Source: Blastocystis sp. Blastoise
Lineage: Eukaryota > Protista > Bigyra: Opalinata
Assembly (NCBI GenBank): GCA_039096225.1
Contig: JBBPEB010000029.1
Span: forward strand, 744,001 to 808,000
Length of the DNA: 64,000 nucleotides
Direction of reading: 5' to 3'
Below the pieces are notes generated by a model. It was not told the DNA's origin. It ran no database searches and worked only from the letters and a program-made list of their open reading frames with translations. Shown piece by piece: positions 47,301 to 61,318 of this stretch. Position numbers and translations under genes: made by a program. Every line of letters begins with the position of its first letter. Positions within the stretch are counted from its first letter, which is position 1.

Positions 47301-50300
47301 ATTAATATTTTATCACCTTCTTGTTTATGTAATATTTCACAAGCAGCAGTTCCTTTTGTACTTATATTACTTATTATCTTACCAAGATTATATAAAAATA
47401 TATTTGTTTCAAATGTAATAGAATTTAAACTCTTTATAAAACTAATAATAAGAGTACTATTTGCTAATAACATCTTACAAGAATCAACATAAGATAATTT
47501 TAAAAATATATTTTGTAAATTAGTAATAAATTCTAGATTCTCTATATAATTATCATATATAGTTAATATAATCTTAAAGAATTCACTATTACATAAACGT
47601 AATTCATGTATTTCACGATCCATTAAAATATCTATGACTTTTAATATATTAATTAATATAGTACTATTATTCTTATAATTTTGTATAATTTTAATTAATA
47701 TTTCTAATCCTGAAGTACTTATAAATGATTTTCTAGCATTACAGCATATTTCATCATTTGATTGTAATATATTAATTAATGTTTGTAATATAATAGAAAT
47801 ATTTTCTTCAAGATCTAAACATAATGTACAACATCTAGATAAAATTGGAATACTATTTAATTGACAAGTCTTTACAGAATCAGCTTCTGATAATATATGA
47901 TATATATTAATAATTAATAATTGTATTTCAGGATTTGAAGAATGAACACTCATAATATTATTTAATATAGATAAATCATTAATATTAGATTCAATAATAA
48001 CAGATAATGAATGATCATCTTTTAAACTTTCAACTAATATTTGTAAACATAATAAACAACTATCACGTTCTGTTATTTTATTTTTTAATATTAAACATAA
48101 TAATTCTATTAAATTTTCTTGTACAAAATATATTGAAACACCTTCTATTTTAACAAATGATAATATTTCTTGTAAACATTGATTTATAATCGATATTTTA
48201 CCATTATTAATACAAGTAGAAGATAATATATGAAGTAAACAACGAGAAACATCTATAGTTAAATATTCTTTTTCTTCTTTAATAGTATCAATTAATAATA
48301 ATAATATAGAAGCAAATTGTGTTTGTAAATATATATCTTTTATACATAAATAAGAAGAAGCAAATATATTAATACCATTAATAGCAATTAATTTACATAT
48401 ATTAATATCTTGACATAATATAGAAACCATATTAATAAATGATTCATATTGTTTAATTAATATATTATCATATTGTTCAGTAGTAAATATATTACTTAAT
48501 ATATTATAAAGAATATCTATTAATTTATTATCTATTAATACTTGTATAGATTCTTTTGATTCATTCATATTAGAAATAGTTTTACAACTATTTATAAATA
48601 AATTTATATATTGTAATAATAATAAATCATTTAATAATGGTTTATAACAATCAGAACTAATTATAAGAGAAGCACCATTCGATAACATACTTATTTTATT
48701 TAATATATTACCTAAAGAAGTTTCAATTGTTTCATTATTTATATATAAAGTCATAACTTCACCAATACATTTCATAAAATCAATTTGTGTATATAATAAT
48801 ATAATATCTTTATCTTCACTTATATTATTAAATAATATACAAAATTGTTCTTCTACTTCATCAGATTCTTTATATTCCATAAATAAATTCATTAATATCT
48901 TAATATAATTATTATCTTTTAATATATTAATCATATTTATATCATAATAAGAATTTAATATATGTATTAAAAAGATTAAATGTTCTATATTTGATTTCCA
49001 ATTTTCTAATATAACCATAATAGAAGAAATAAATTCTTTAGAAATAGCTAATTGTCTACATAATTTATCATTACTTAATTCATCAAATAATTCTAAACAA
49101 CTTGATTTATGTTCATCTATTAAGAATTCATTAATAATGATTGAACATAATAAATTAAAACAATAATCATTAGAACAAATTTCTTCACGTATACATATAG
49201 TTAATAAATTTAATAATATAGTAATAGAATTACTATCTATCATTTGTTTGGATAAAATAACTAATATTTTATTCATATCTAATTGTGTTTTAAAGAAAGA
49301 AGGTAACTCAGTATTCCAATCAAACATCATAGATAATAATATAGTAGATAATAATAAACATTCATGTGAACTTGATTTTGTTAATAAAATAGTATATATA
49401 GTTTGAATAGCATTATCACAAGATAATTGTATAATTAAGGAATCATTCTCAGATAATCGTTGAAGAACTTGTAAATAATTATATTTAATTATATTCTGTT
49501 CTATATATAAATTTATACAATAATAACTAAAATCAATTAAATCATTATTTCCAATAGTATTTAATATATCTTCATTCTTTGTTAATAAGAATATAATAGT
49601 ACTAATACAAATACCTATCTTTTCATTTTGTTGATATTTATTTTGTATTTCATATAATATAAATATTATATTATAATTATTAATAGGAATTAAATTATTA
49701 TCTTGATGACATAATACTTCTATAATTTGTAATGATAATAATATACATTCAAGATTCTCTTTATATATAGAAATACATTCTATAATATCTTTAATATAAC
49801 CAATAGTAACAATAGGTTCTAAGAATTGTGTATATTTAGTTAATTTATATAGAAGAGAAAGAGTAATAGAATAATTTTCAACATCTGATTTTAACATATG
49901 AAACATAGAATATATATTTTCTAATAATTGGCAATCTTGAATAGATTCATAAGGAATATTATGTGTAAATATAATATCAAATAACTTTATAATACGACCG
50001 ATTGTCTTACTCTTCGAAGATAACATATTTGTTATAAATACATTAATTCCACAACTATTAATTAATTCTAAACATAATTGTTCATTCTTTGTTATATTAT
50101 ATAAATATGTATAACAACAATCTTGTATATGTTTTACTTTAGGATATTCTTTTAATATAGTTATTACATAATCATTATAATTATTTGAAACTAACGATTC
50201 ACATATAGGAATAGCTATATAGAGAGATAGATAATTAATTTAGAATATATATATAGGTTATTATATATAGTTGATATGTATATAATTAGTTGATATGTAT

Positions 50301-50935
50301 ATAGTGTTAAAATTTAAATAATAAAAAAATAAATTTATATATATAGATAATAAAAAAATAAATTTATATATATAAAAATAAATTATATATATATATACAA
50401 ATAGAAGAAAGATGTTGAATAAATTCAGTGAAGAAATAAATAAAATCTTTATTCATCATATTCATTTGAATAGCTTCAATAATCGTGGGAATACCATTTG
50501 ATTCAATAAAAGAATCACAACAATTTTCTATAGATAATATATATTGTTATAATGTTTATAAATAATTAAAAAAAAATAGTATATATAATAGATGATATAT
50601 ATATATACTATTGTTAATAAGAGCAGAGAATAATCTCATAGAAGAAGTTAATATCATGGAATTCTCTTCATTTATATAATTATGAATATTATATAACACT
50701 TGAGGAACAATATTCTTATTATATATAATTTCCTTACTAGATTCTATATATATACAATAATAGATTTTATGAATAACTATAATAAATATATATATATACC
50801 TTGATGTTCGGCATATATACATAAGAGAGTAGTACCATAATCTTGAATATCTTTATCATTCTTATTATTTATATAGGAATCCACAAAATAATTAAAGAAA
50901 TTAGTTCGTTGAATACGGCTAGTAACATCATCACC

Positions 50936-51034
<99 letters not shown>

Positions 51035-53110
51035 GATATATATATATATAGTAATTATCATATTAATAAGATATAATATTATAATAATAATAAGATATAT
51101 AAATACCGTAAATAGACATATTAACAAGGAATAACAGTATATTTCGTTGAATATTAATATTTTCTTTATAAGTAACAAACACCTTAATAGCCATTTCAAT
51201 CAAGTTATTACGAATTAATTGAACATATAATTGCTCTATATACATATATAGATAATATAAAATTAATAGATACTATAATATAATTAAAATATAAATAAAA
51301 TATAAATAAAATATAATTAAAAAATATAATTAAAAAATATATATATAATAATATACCTTCTTTGCAATCGCTTAATAAGCAAAGAGTTTCAGTTGCAGTC
51401 AGTTCTATTTCATCCGATCTTAAAAATGTTCTCATGGTATTTAATAATATAGATATACCTCCAAGAGAGACAATCATATCAGCATTTTGATCTATATATA
51501 CATATAAATAAGATTCATAATAATAAACAAAAATATATATAATTATATAAATAAGATTCATAATAATAAACAAAAAATATATATATATTATTATAAAAAA
51601 TATATATATAAAATTATAATAATAAAATAAAAATGTAAATAACAACAATATAATAGTTTATAATAATATACCTCTTTGAAGTAATAAAATAAATGATTTC
51701 ATTCCTTTCAATTGAGCAACTTCATCAAAAGGTAACGATCGCATACGGTTTATATACATCTCTGCATCTTCTATATTCACTTCTATTACACCTATATATA
51801 TATTATATATATTATATATATTATATATATTTTATTATTTACATATTTTATATTTATTTAAAGTCAAAAAAAAAAAGATAATTTATAAATATAATAATGT
51901 ATAACATGAATCAAAGAAATATATATATATATAAATAATAATAATATTAATATATATATATACGTTTATTTGTAGTGACGGGTTCTGTGGTAGTAGTATC
52001 ATCGACAGAGGGTGCGTCACTCTTAGGAGAAAGAGTAATTTCATCAGGTTTCATACTTTTACGTGTATAAGGATGAGGAGAAACATCTTCTTCTTCTTCA
52101 TCATCATTAGTATTATTAAGAGTATTTTCATTATTAGTAGAAGTAGTATTATCATCAGTTGTAGTATCAGCAGCAGTAATAGTAGTATTAAGAACAGGTT
52201 CTGGTGTTTGTTCATTGATTCCCGCGGGAGATTCCACTTGAGATTCAGATAGAGAAGGTTCTGGTTTATTTTCTTCTTCTTCTTCTTTAGGTTCTGGTTT
52301 GTTTTCTTCTTCGGTTTGTGGTTTATTTTCTTCTTCTTCTGGTTTATTTTCTACAAGAGAGGATGGTTCATGTTCTAAATCTACTTTCTTTTCATTTTCT
52401 TCATTTACAACTTGATTTTCTTCTTCTTTCTTTTCAACTTTTTCTTCTTTTTCTTCAATATTGGATTCAGTATGAGATTCAGAAGATAAAGAAGGTTCTG
52501 AGTTCTTTATTTCTTCATCTTCAATAACTTGTTCAGGAATATTTTCAGATATATTATTATTTTCATCATGAGATGAACTTTCAATTACATTTTCTTCTAT
52601 AACTTTAGGTTCTTCAGAGGAAAATTCAGCTAGAGGTTCTGATTCTAGGGAATTTTCTTGATTATTTTGAGAAGAAGAATCATTAGATATAGAAACAGGG
52701 TTTTCAGGTTCATCGGTTACGACTTGACTAGTAATTTCTTCTGATTTAGGTTCTTCAACTGTAGTAGGTACTTGTTCAGGTTCAGTTGTAGCAGAAATAT
52801 CACTTTCATGAGCAAGAGAGACATCGGACACAATATTTTCTTGTTGATTTTCATCAGGCACTGCACTATGTGTGTCCTCAAGATCAGAAGCAACCTTGTT
52901 TTCAGAAGAATCTACAACGGTAGTTTCAGTTTCATCTTGATTAGGAATGTTTTGTTCATCAGGCACATTTTCTGTATGTGATTCATTTTGTTCTAAAGGA
53001 GGTTCAACGTTAGAACCATTTCTAGAACGAACTTCGGAATCCAAAACAGAATTACTTGAAACAGAAGGATCAGTTTCTTGATCATGAGTTGGAGTATTAT
53101 TTGTTTCCAT
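20351..53110 (-). CDS. Giant ARM-repeat (LRRK2-ARM/aardvark-like) solenoid protein with an acidic disordered N-terminus; 10,597 aa if the single internal TAA (40094-40096) is bypassed, 4,016 aa if not
   Basis: Exons 53110-51964, 51791-51672, 51491-51357, 51235-51107, 50934-50800, 50743-50609, 50527-50399 and 50214-20351, all GT-AG and in frame. The 3310-aa and 6527-aa ORFs share a frame, with 53 open codons between the TAA and the second ORF call. ~43-aa repeats such as GGIEIAIHDLQSFNDDIIIVKSSLNVLARL. Confidence 0.88.
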
Positions 53111-53973
53111 TTTATTTCAAAAAATTGATCTCAATAAGTAATCTGGACTTTTTATATCCAAATAAAATGATAAACAATAAATTGTTTTGTTATTTTTTTA
53201 CATGAAAGCTTCTTTGATATGATAATTCTGTCTAGTGATCGACAAAAAGAATAGATTATCTCTTGATTTTCATAAAAATCAATGTCTGAACATTATTATG
53301 AACATATCCGAGAATCGCGATTATTTCTATCTTTACTCGACATTGTTTTGTATTCTCATTTCATGACATTCCTTCTCATTTTATTATTAAGATCTTATTG
53401 ATTTCTTTATACGGAAATGACTCTATATTCAGTTTTGAATACATAATTTATCTAATTTATGTATTCCTGTTACATAATCACTCTATTTTTATGAGTAAAG
53501 ACCGCGAAACACTTGAAAATAGTTTTAGTGTAGTTTTTTTGCCTATTATGGAGCGTAAGTAATGACATGCATATATGGTATGATTGTATAATCAAATACC
53601 TATATTCTGAGTAATCAATTATTACGAAAAACACATAATTGTTTCAAAAATTAATTTCATTTTTATTTTTAATATTTACTTTTATACAGTTATTCGGCTG
53701 CTACGCATATTAGTTAGCTTATAAAATTCATTTTCACATTAAAAAGGGACCTGAAAAGTCAAATAAATGTCCTTTTTTCTTAATCTTAATAGAAAAACTG
53801 ATTTTGGGGGGGAAAAAATAATTTGTGAATAAACATAATTATTTTTGTATTTATAGTTCAAAATAACAATTTGACATATAGAATTACTCCTGAAAAAGTC
53901 TGAATAAGTTATTCATATTTTTTTAAAACATTAGCATTTGAAACCAATTTTGAATAAATACAATTCGATAAAA
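53111..53973. promoter_or_regulatory. Divergent promoter region (giant ARM gene / CENP-K)
   Basis: Between divergent ATGs; contains AGAATCGCGATTAT (53311) and two CCTGAAAA(A)GTC copies. Confidence 0.5.
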
Positions 53974-54669
53974 ATGGATACTATAAAAAACAGTAAAAGT
54001 ATAACAAATCCTAATAAATCATTGTTTATTGAAGAAGAACCAGTTGCAATTCAATATAAAAAGTCTTCTATCTATGATAAAGAAATAAAATCACTGGAGA
54101 ATCAGTTGAAAGAAGTATGTTTTCGTTGATTATTATTTGTTTTTAAACTACATTTCTCAAGGTTCTTTCCAGTATTCAAGAGAAGAAAGAGGGTAATGCT
54201 CAAATTTCACATGTAAGTCTGTCTGATATTTAGAAAATATGTTTTTATTGTTTTTACTTTAGAATCGACAATTGAATTATAAGAATTACTTAGAAGCAAG
54301 TTTACAGCAACTTCAAAATCAAAAACAAAACTTGAACAATCCTATGAGTATGCTTTTAATCTAAATATTTATGTCAACTCGTTATTATAATTAGTACCTT
54401 CGTTGTCCAATCCAACAGAAAACGATTTACAAATGTTTTATATTCAATTACAAGAAGAAGTTAGATCTATGGAAACTAGTGTTAAAGTTTTACAAGAACA
54501 AATTGACTTTATTCGTCATGAAAATAATGTAATTCAGAATATATATAATAAATTGAATCCTATTAATAATGCTTTAAAAGAAGAAAAAGAGCGATTATTA
54601 CAAGAAAAAGACAATCAAATGAATACTCCTTCTTCGTCTCAAAATGATATACTTGAACTTCAATCTGTA

Positions 54670-54707
<38 letters not shown>

Positions 54708-55246
54708 AGAATATTTATGTATTCCAATATTATTGAAATATCATTTTATAGGATTTTGAAACACTTAAAGATGCAAATGATATATTAAAAAATGAATTAA
54801 GGAATTTTATTACAAAACAATATGGAGCTATATATGTATGTTTATTTTTTATTTATTTTTTTTTATTTTATTTATTTTTTTTATTTGTTTTATTTGTTTT
54901 ATTTGTTTTATTTGTTTTATTTGTTTTATTTGTTTTATTTTATTTATTTATTTATTTTTTTATTTTAAACATTTACAACTATTTTTTAGGTTGGAAAAAG
55001 TCATCAACAAATATTTTCTAAAGAATTATTAAAGTTATTAACTGTATATTTATTTCAATACATATATATATAATTCATTGTCTTTAGATATTTATAAATA
55101 AATCGTTAAATCCATCAACGAAAACAGAATATTTAAAGATTTCAGAGTTAAACTTTTCTGAAGAATCCATTAATTTCCTATTGAATGCATCAATCATACA
55201 CAAACATTATTCCGATAATGATTTGGTACAACTCAATGATTTCTAA
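53974..55246 (+). CDS. CENPK: Centromere protein K-like (CCAN; Sim4/Mcm22 family)
   Basis: 7 exons. Long coiled coil followed by C-terminal EYLKISELNFSEESINFLLNASIIHKHYSDNDLVQLNDF, which resembles the CENP-K tail (YVKI...VELLLRNGIALRHPEDPTRIRLEAF). Confidence 0.65.
54880..54935. repeat. Intronic (ATTTGTTTT)n 9-mer repeat
   Basis: ~6 tandem copies. Confidence 0.85.
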
Positions 55247-55543
55247 ATTAATTTTGCTTATCAATGAAGATATTCTGTGTTTTTATTTCTTGTTCATGTT
55301 TGCTGTTGTAAAATCTATTTTATGTGTTACATTATTGTAGCATAAAAATGCAAAAATAATATTTTGTTTTGTTCCAATTGATGACTCTAGCATGCTAGTA
55401 ACATGTTCATGATATATATGATGTTAGAAACACATAATGACTCTATTCAATATTTTTTTACAATTTATGAAAAGTAATTCTAAGGAAATTTTAAACAATT
55501 CTTTTTATAAAAAAAAAGTTAAAAATATCGTTTATTAGGAATT

Positions 55544-56960
55544 ATGCAAAAAAATACTTTAAATGCAGTTGCTGAGTCTGCAAGGACATCTATAGGATTC
55601 CAAGCATTCTTTAAGATAATTAGTTTTCTATTTAATCTTGTTCTACTCAGATATGTGGATATAAAGATATATGGAGTTGCAAATGTGAGGTATTCTCAAC
55701 TTATTATGTTTTTTTATGTCATCATATATTTTTAAAGATTGAATCTTCTCTATACAACAATTGTATTTTTAACAAGAGAGCCTTTTCGTAAAGTATGTAT
55801 TGATTTCAAGGATGCAGCATACTTTCAAATTAATAATCTTGTGTTATTATGCATACCTATTGGAGTTTTTATTTCATTATTGTTATCATTTGTTTGGATA
55901 TCCTTGTTAGAAATACCAGATATTCAGTATTATAAAGAGGTATATATTTTTAATGAATTAATTGAATTATTTTTGTATATTATTATTATAGTTGATGATA
56001 GAAATTTTTTTTTGTATATCTATATATATATAGGGTGTCTATTTTTATTGTTTATCTGCTATAATTGAACTTTTATCTGAACCCTTTTATATATATCTTC
56101 AGTCTCATCTATATTTAAAACCAAAGGTAGATATTATTATTTATATTATTATTTATATTAATTTTATATTAATTTTATATTATATTTTATATTAATTTTA
56201 TATTAATTTTTATTTAGATAATAATTTGATATAATTTGATTATAATTTGATAATAATTAATAATATATATAGATATATATAGAGTCGACGACTTTATTTA
56301 TGAAACAAATGTTATTATTTATATTTGTTCGTTTTTATCCACAATTCCAATTATATTGTTTTATTTATTCACAACTTTTCTATACATTATTAATTACATT
56401 AATGTATGTATATATAAATGTTATTATAATGTATTATATTTATATATATAATGTTTTTATAATTCATTATCTATACATATATATTTATAGGTATATTTAT
56501 TATTATCTTTATTATATACATTCCAATCCCGATCCTTTTTATACTTCTATTTTATCATTATTCCCTCATATTGAAAAGAGTATATATATTATTTTATTAT
56601 TAAGTCACATATATATATTATATTCATATAATTCTATTAAAGAAATAATAATAAAAAATTAGAATAATAATCTTCACTATTTCAAAAACGGATCTATATT
56701 ATACTATATATATATATATATATATATACATAGATAAGCCTATATTTTCAACAAAACATACTCCATTGATTTTATCCTTCTGTAAACAGAGTCTTATAAA
56801 ACAAATGTTAACTGAAAGTGAAAAGTTTGTTATGACATTTTTAAATATATTATCTTTTCAAGAACAAGGCTTATATGAAGCTATTAATAATATCGGATCT
56901 CTTGTAATTCGATTATTATTCTTACCTTTAGAAGATGCATTCTATCTCTATTTCAGTAAA

Positions 56961-57033
<73 letters not shown>

Positions 57034-58581
57034 ATTGAGTATAATGGTATACTCTATACTTTTTTTTTTATTACTTATTTATGATAACTTGTTTGATAAT
57101 AGTTTCTATTCATATATTATGTAAGAATTATTTATATTGTTTATTATTAGTTTATTATATATGTTTTTATTATTATCGAGTTGATTTTTAATATTTATTT
57201 AATATATATAGGAGTTTTCTGAGGAGAAGAAGAAGGATATAAAACAAGAGACGATGATGATTCCTTTTATTTTACTCAAATTCTTATTCTATGTATATAT
57301 TTGCTTATTTTTAATAATGGATTCAATTACATTTTTTTTGATCAACTGTTTTTTAATTATTTTATTTACTTTTATTATTTTATATCTTTATGAAATATAT
57401 TGTCATCGATACCATATATAACCAATATTAAAATAGAATATATATCTTTATAAATAGAATATTCTATCTCTATAATCATATATATATATATACAGATAGG
57501 TATTACCTTCATAGTATTTGGGTATTGGTATTCACCTATTTTATTATATATATTTGGGGGTAAGAATCTCTCGACTCCCGCGGGAATCACACTCATGAGA
57601 GGATGCTGTTTCTATGTATTTATTGTTGGAATGAATGGAATTAGCGAAGCATTCTTTATGGTATATATATTATCTATATAATGTATGTGTAGTAACTATT
57701 CTAAATCTTCTTTTATTATATCTTATAATATTATCTATAAAAACTGTTTTTTATATATCTATATATCATACTATTTATATAAATAATCATATTTTTAATT
57801 AGGCTACGAGTGAAAAGAAAAAAATAGATAATTTCAATTATTATCTGATATTTATTTCAGTCACATTTTTAATCTGTTCTTCCTTCTTAACATATCCATA
57901 TAATAATAAATATTATAATCTATATTATAATTTATATAATAAATATAATAATCTATATAATAAATATAATAATCTATATAATAAATATAATAATCTATAT
58001 AATAATAATAACTATATACTATCAACTTTATCCCTTTCTGTTTTCAATAAAAATTCCCGTGGTTATCTTAATGTTTATACTCACTATTATGGAGCCTTAG
58101 GTCTTATTCTTTCTAATTCGATTTCCATGGGAATTCGTATTCTTCATCATCTTTATTATCTATATCTATATTCATCTTCTTTCAATATTAATTATGAACA
58201 ATATGTATATATATATATAAATTCCTTTTCTTACTTATACTGAACTACATTTATAAATACATATATAGAATTTATAATTATATTATACTATATTTATTAG
58301 AAATACTATAAAATAATACTATATAGTTTGAACCTGTTTTACTTGTTATTGCAGCATATATAGTTGCTTATGTTATTACAAAAGCATCTTATACTCTTTT
58401 TGGTACTCTTACCCTTAAAAATATGATTTATCATATTGCTATTGGAGGATTATGTTTCATCGGCTGTATCGTTGCTATTTTCATGTTCGATGCCGATTTT
58501 ATGACTCAATTCTCTCTTATCCTTGGTCTAAGACGAACTAAACGTAATAATAATCAATCAACAAAAGACAAGAATGATTAA
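55544..58581 (+). CDS. RFT1: RFT1, MOP-superfamily membrane protein of the lipid-linked oligosaccharide pathway
   Basis: 11 exons. LLYTTIVFLTREPFR, IELLSEPFY, KQMLTESEK, NIGSLVIRLLFLPLED, GMNGISEAF and GLILSNSISMGIRI are RFT1 signatures. Confidence 0.93.
57892..58080 (+). other. U12-type AT-AC intron in RFT1
   Basis: 5' ATATCCAT; branch-like TATCTTAAT at 58064-58072; 3' TTATAC. Removal gives SSFLT-HYYGALGLILSN in the conserved RFT1 frame. Confidence 0.88.
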
Positions 58582-59012
58582 TACACTTGGTATTTTTATA
58601 ATATAGTTTTTATTATTGTTTTTTTTTATTAAATTGTTGTCTTTACTATATAATACATATCTATAATTCATGATTGAAAACTCAAAAGATAATATATTTT
58701 ACAAAATAAGATAATATTATTAATATTTATTCAATTAACAAAAATAAAAGACATATAAATAATTGAAATGACATTAGCATAACCTAGCTTTTATTTACGC
58801 ATTACAATGAACTTCATAATACTCTTCTTGAAAAAGAAAATATGAAAAAATATAAAAATTAATTTGTTATAAAAAAAATGAATTAACAAGCTAGTTGATG
58901 AGAATTCTCATAAATATGGACAAAAAAATAGTTTCATTTTATTTTCTTTGTATTTACATTGAAATCATTATCTTTTCACTTTTGAATACAGATATCGTAT
59001 ATAACATAGATT

Positions 59013-59925
59013 ATGAGTGCATACAGAATATTAAAAGTAGCAAGAGCTGGAGAATCAAGTATGTTATTAGTTAAAAATTTGTGAGAATCATTATTTAGTT
59101 CTTTCAAAGACAGCAACGAATGTTGCCGATGTTACTACTGAACAAATACAAACATTACTAGGAAACATGATGTATACAGTTGTACGTTCTCTTGTTTATT
59201 GTTATTTCTAAATACTTTTCTAGGTTGTCAAAGGTGGTTTAGGATTATCTGCACCACAAGTTCATCGTCCTCTTCGTCTTTTTGTAATGAGAGATTTTAA
59301 TCTCTTAAATGAAAAACCTGAATGTATTTAAAGATTATAGAAACATTCTATATATATACATGTTCTATAGTGAAAGAACATTTGGATGAAGTTCCTTTAT
59401 TTGCAGTTGCTAATCCAGAAATTAAATGGAAAAGTCGACAATTAGATGGCGATTTTGAAGGATGTTTTAGTTTTCCAAAGTATTTTTTTTTTAATATTTT
59501 TTATTATAGTAAAGAACATATATAATATATTATATATATTCTTTATTATTTTTTGGATATTATAAATATATATATATTTTTAAAAGAATAGAATTATTTC
59601 AAAATTTTGTTATTATTCAGTTCTTAATATATACTATTCTTTTTTTCTTTTAACTATTCTATATATATATATAGTAAATTAGGATATGTAATTCGTCCAA
59701 AAGAGGTTCATGTGTCTTATATCAATGGATTAGGTGAATATAAAGAAGAATTATATAAAGGAATGGCTGCCCGTGTGTTTTTACACGAATATGATCATTT
59801 GAATGGACTATGCTTAAATAATACAATTCAAGATGGAGTATATATATATATTTATTTTCTTTTTTTATAAAGAAAAGTAATTTTTTAAATTTATATATAA
59901 ATATTGAAACACTTATTATTTCTTT

Positions 59926-59964
<39 letters not shown>

Positions 59965-60498
59965 TATATTATAATATATTTTTTATTATACAAATAAATC
60001 AATATCAATTTAACCTGATAATTTATATATTACTCTTTCTCTATCTTAATATATATATACTATTCTTTTTAGTTAATGTTACCTATAAATACTTATAAGA
60101 AATTTTACGATCGTGTTCAAGAGATGATAAAGAACGGAGAATGGAAAATATTTATGAAAGGAAGTAATATAGCTGATTGTTATTGGGGTGATGGGTCTAA
60201 TTTAACACCGGAAGATATCAATATTCCCGTGTTTATTGAGAATACAAAGAAAATGGTTCAAGCTATTAATAAGAATAAAGAGAATATATTTGATTTAAAT
60301 GATAAAGATTGGAATCAAATATTTAATCAAATTGAAAAACAAAAGAAACAAAAAGAAGAAGAAGATTTTCAATTAAAACAAGAAATTAATAAAATAAATG
60401 AAGAAGATGAAAAGAATAATAAACAAAATATAGATGCTTTATTTAATAATGAAGAGGAAGTCGTGATGATGGACTCAAATTCTATTCATCAATTGTAA
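59013..60498 (+). CDS. PDF: Peptide deformylase with a long charged C-terminal extension
   Basis: 6 exons. All three PDF motifs are present: GLGLSAPQ, EGCFS, HEYDHLNG. Confidence 0.93.
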
Positions 60499-61318
60499 AT
60501 ATATATATATATATATATTGGTTTAAAAGAATATATATTTTTTATGTTTTCTTTATTCAACTAATATTTTTGTTTAAATTTTCTATGCTTTTTTATCAAT
60601 TTTTTTAATATTTATTTTTATATTCATTATTTTTATTATTCATATATATTTTTTATTTTTATGGGGTCTGTCAATTCATATGTTTATTACAACATTTTTT
60701 CTTTGTTTATCAATTTTGTTGTACTCTATGTAACATGTTTCCAAAATCGTCTTGAATGATAATCTGTATAAGATGACAGTAATTCAAAGATTTTTTCAGC
60801 TATTTTCTAGTTAGATGAATTCCTATTTGAAATATATATTAAGATTATAATAAATAAACTTTCTAATAGCTTTTAATATCACAGTAAAATAAAAATAAGC
60901 ATAAATGAAGATAAAAAGTCTTCATCAGTTTTTCTTCATCATATATTGACCTCATTACTTCTATGTAATACATATGAAAGCAAAGAATATAATAATTTAG
61001 TGATATATAATACACTAAAAACTTAAGAATGACCATAATTATCTTAATACTTCTTTTCAAATGATAAAATTATTTATATATAAATCCTAAAAACTTTGAG
61101 TTATCTAGCTAAATTGCCGAAAATTGAAAACTAAAACTCTTATAACAAAATCGTTGATAAACTTAAAAAGAAATCAGTGTCAATCTTGGTTCTTCTGAAA
61201 AACGAAGATAAAAAAATGTAAAAATTAATTTTTGAAGGAAAAATGTGTATAAAACCGTGAAATATTGACAAACAGATGATCCAGTAATAATATTGTGTGA
61301 ATTGATTTCATTAACAAA

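Noticed and set aside
20351-50214. Stop-codon reassignment (ciliate-type TAA=Gln) to explain the internal TAA
   Set aside because: Only one TAA in ~9,950 codons, and TAA terminates conserved genes (DDX46, ARP10, RPN5, RFT1) at the expected positions.
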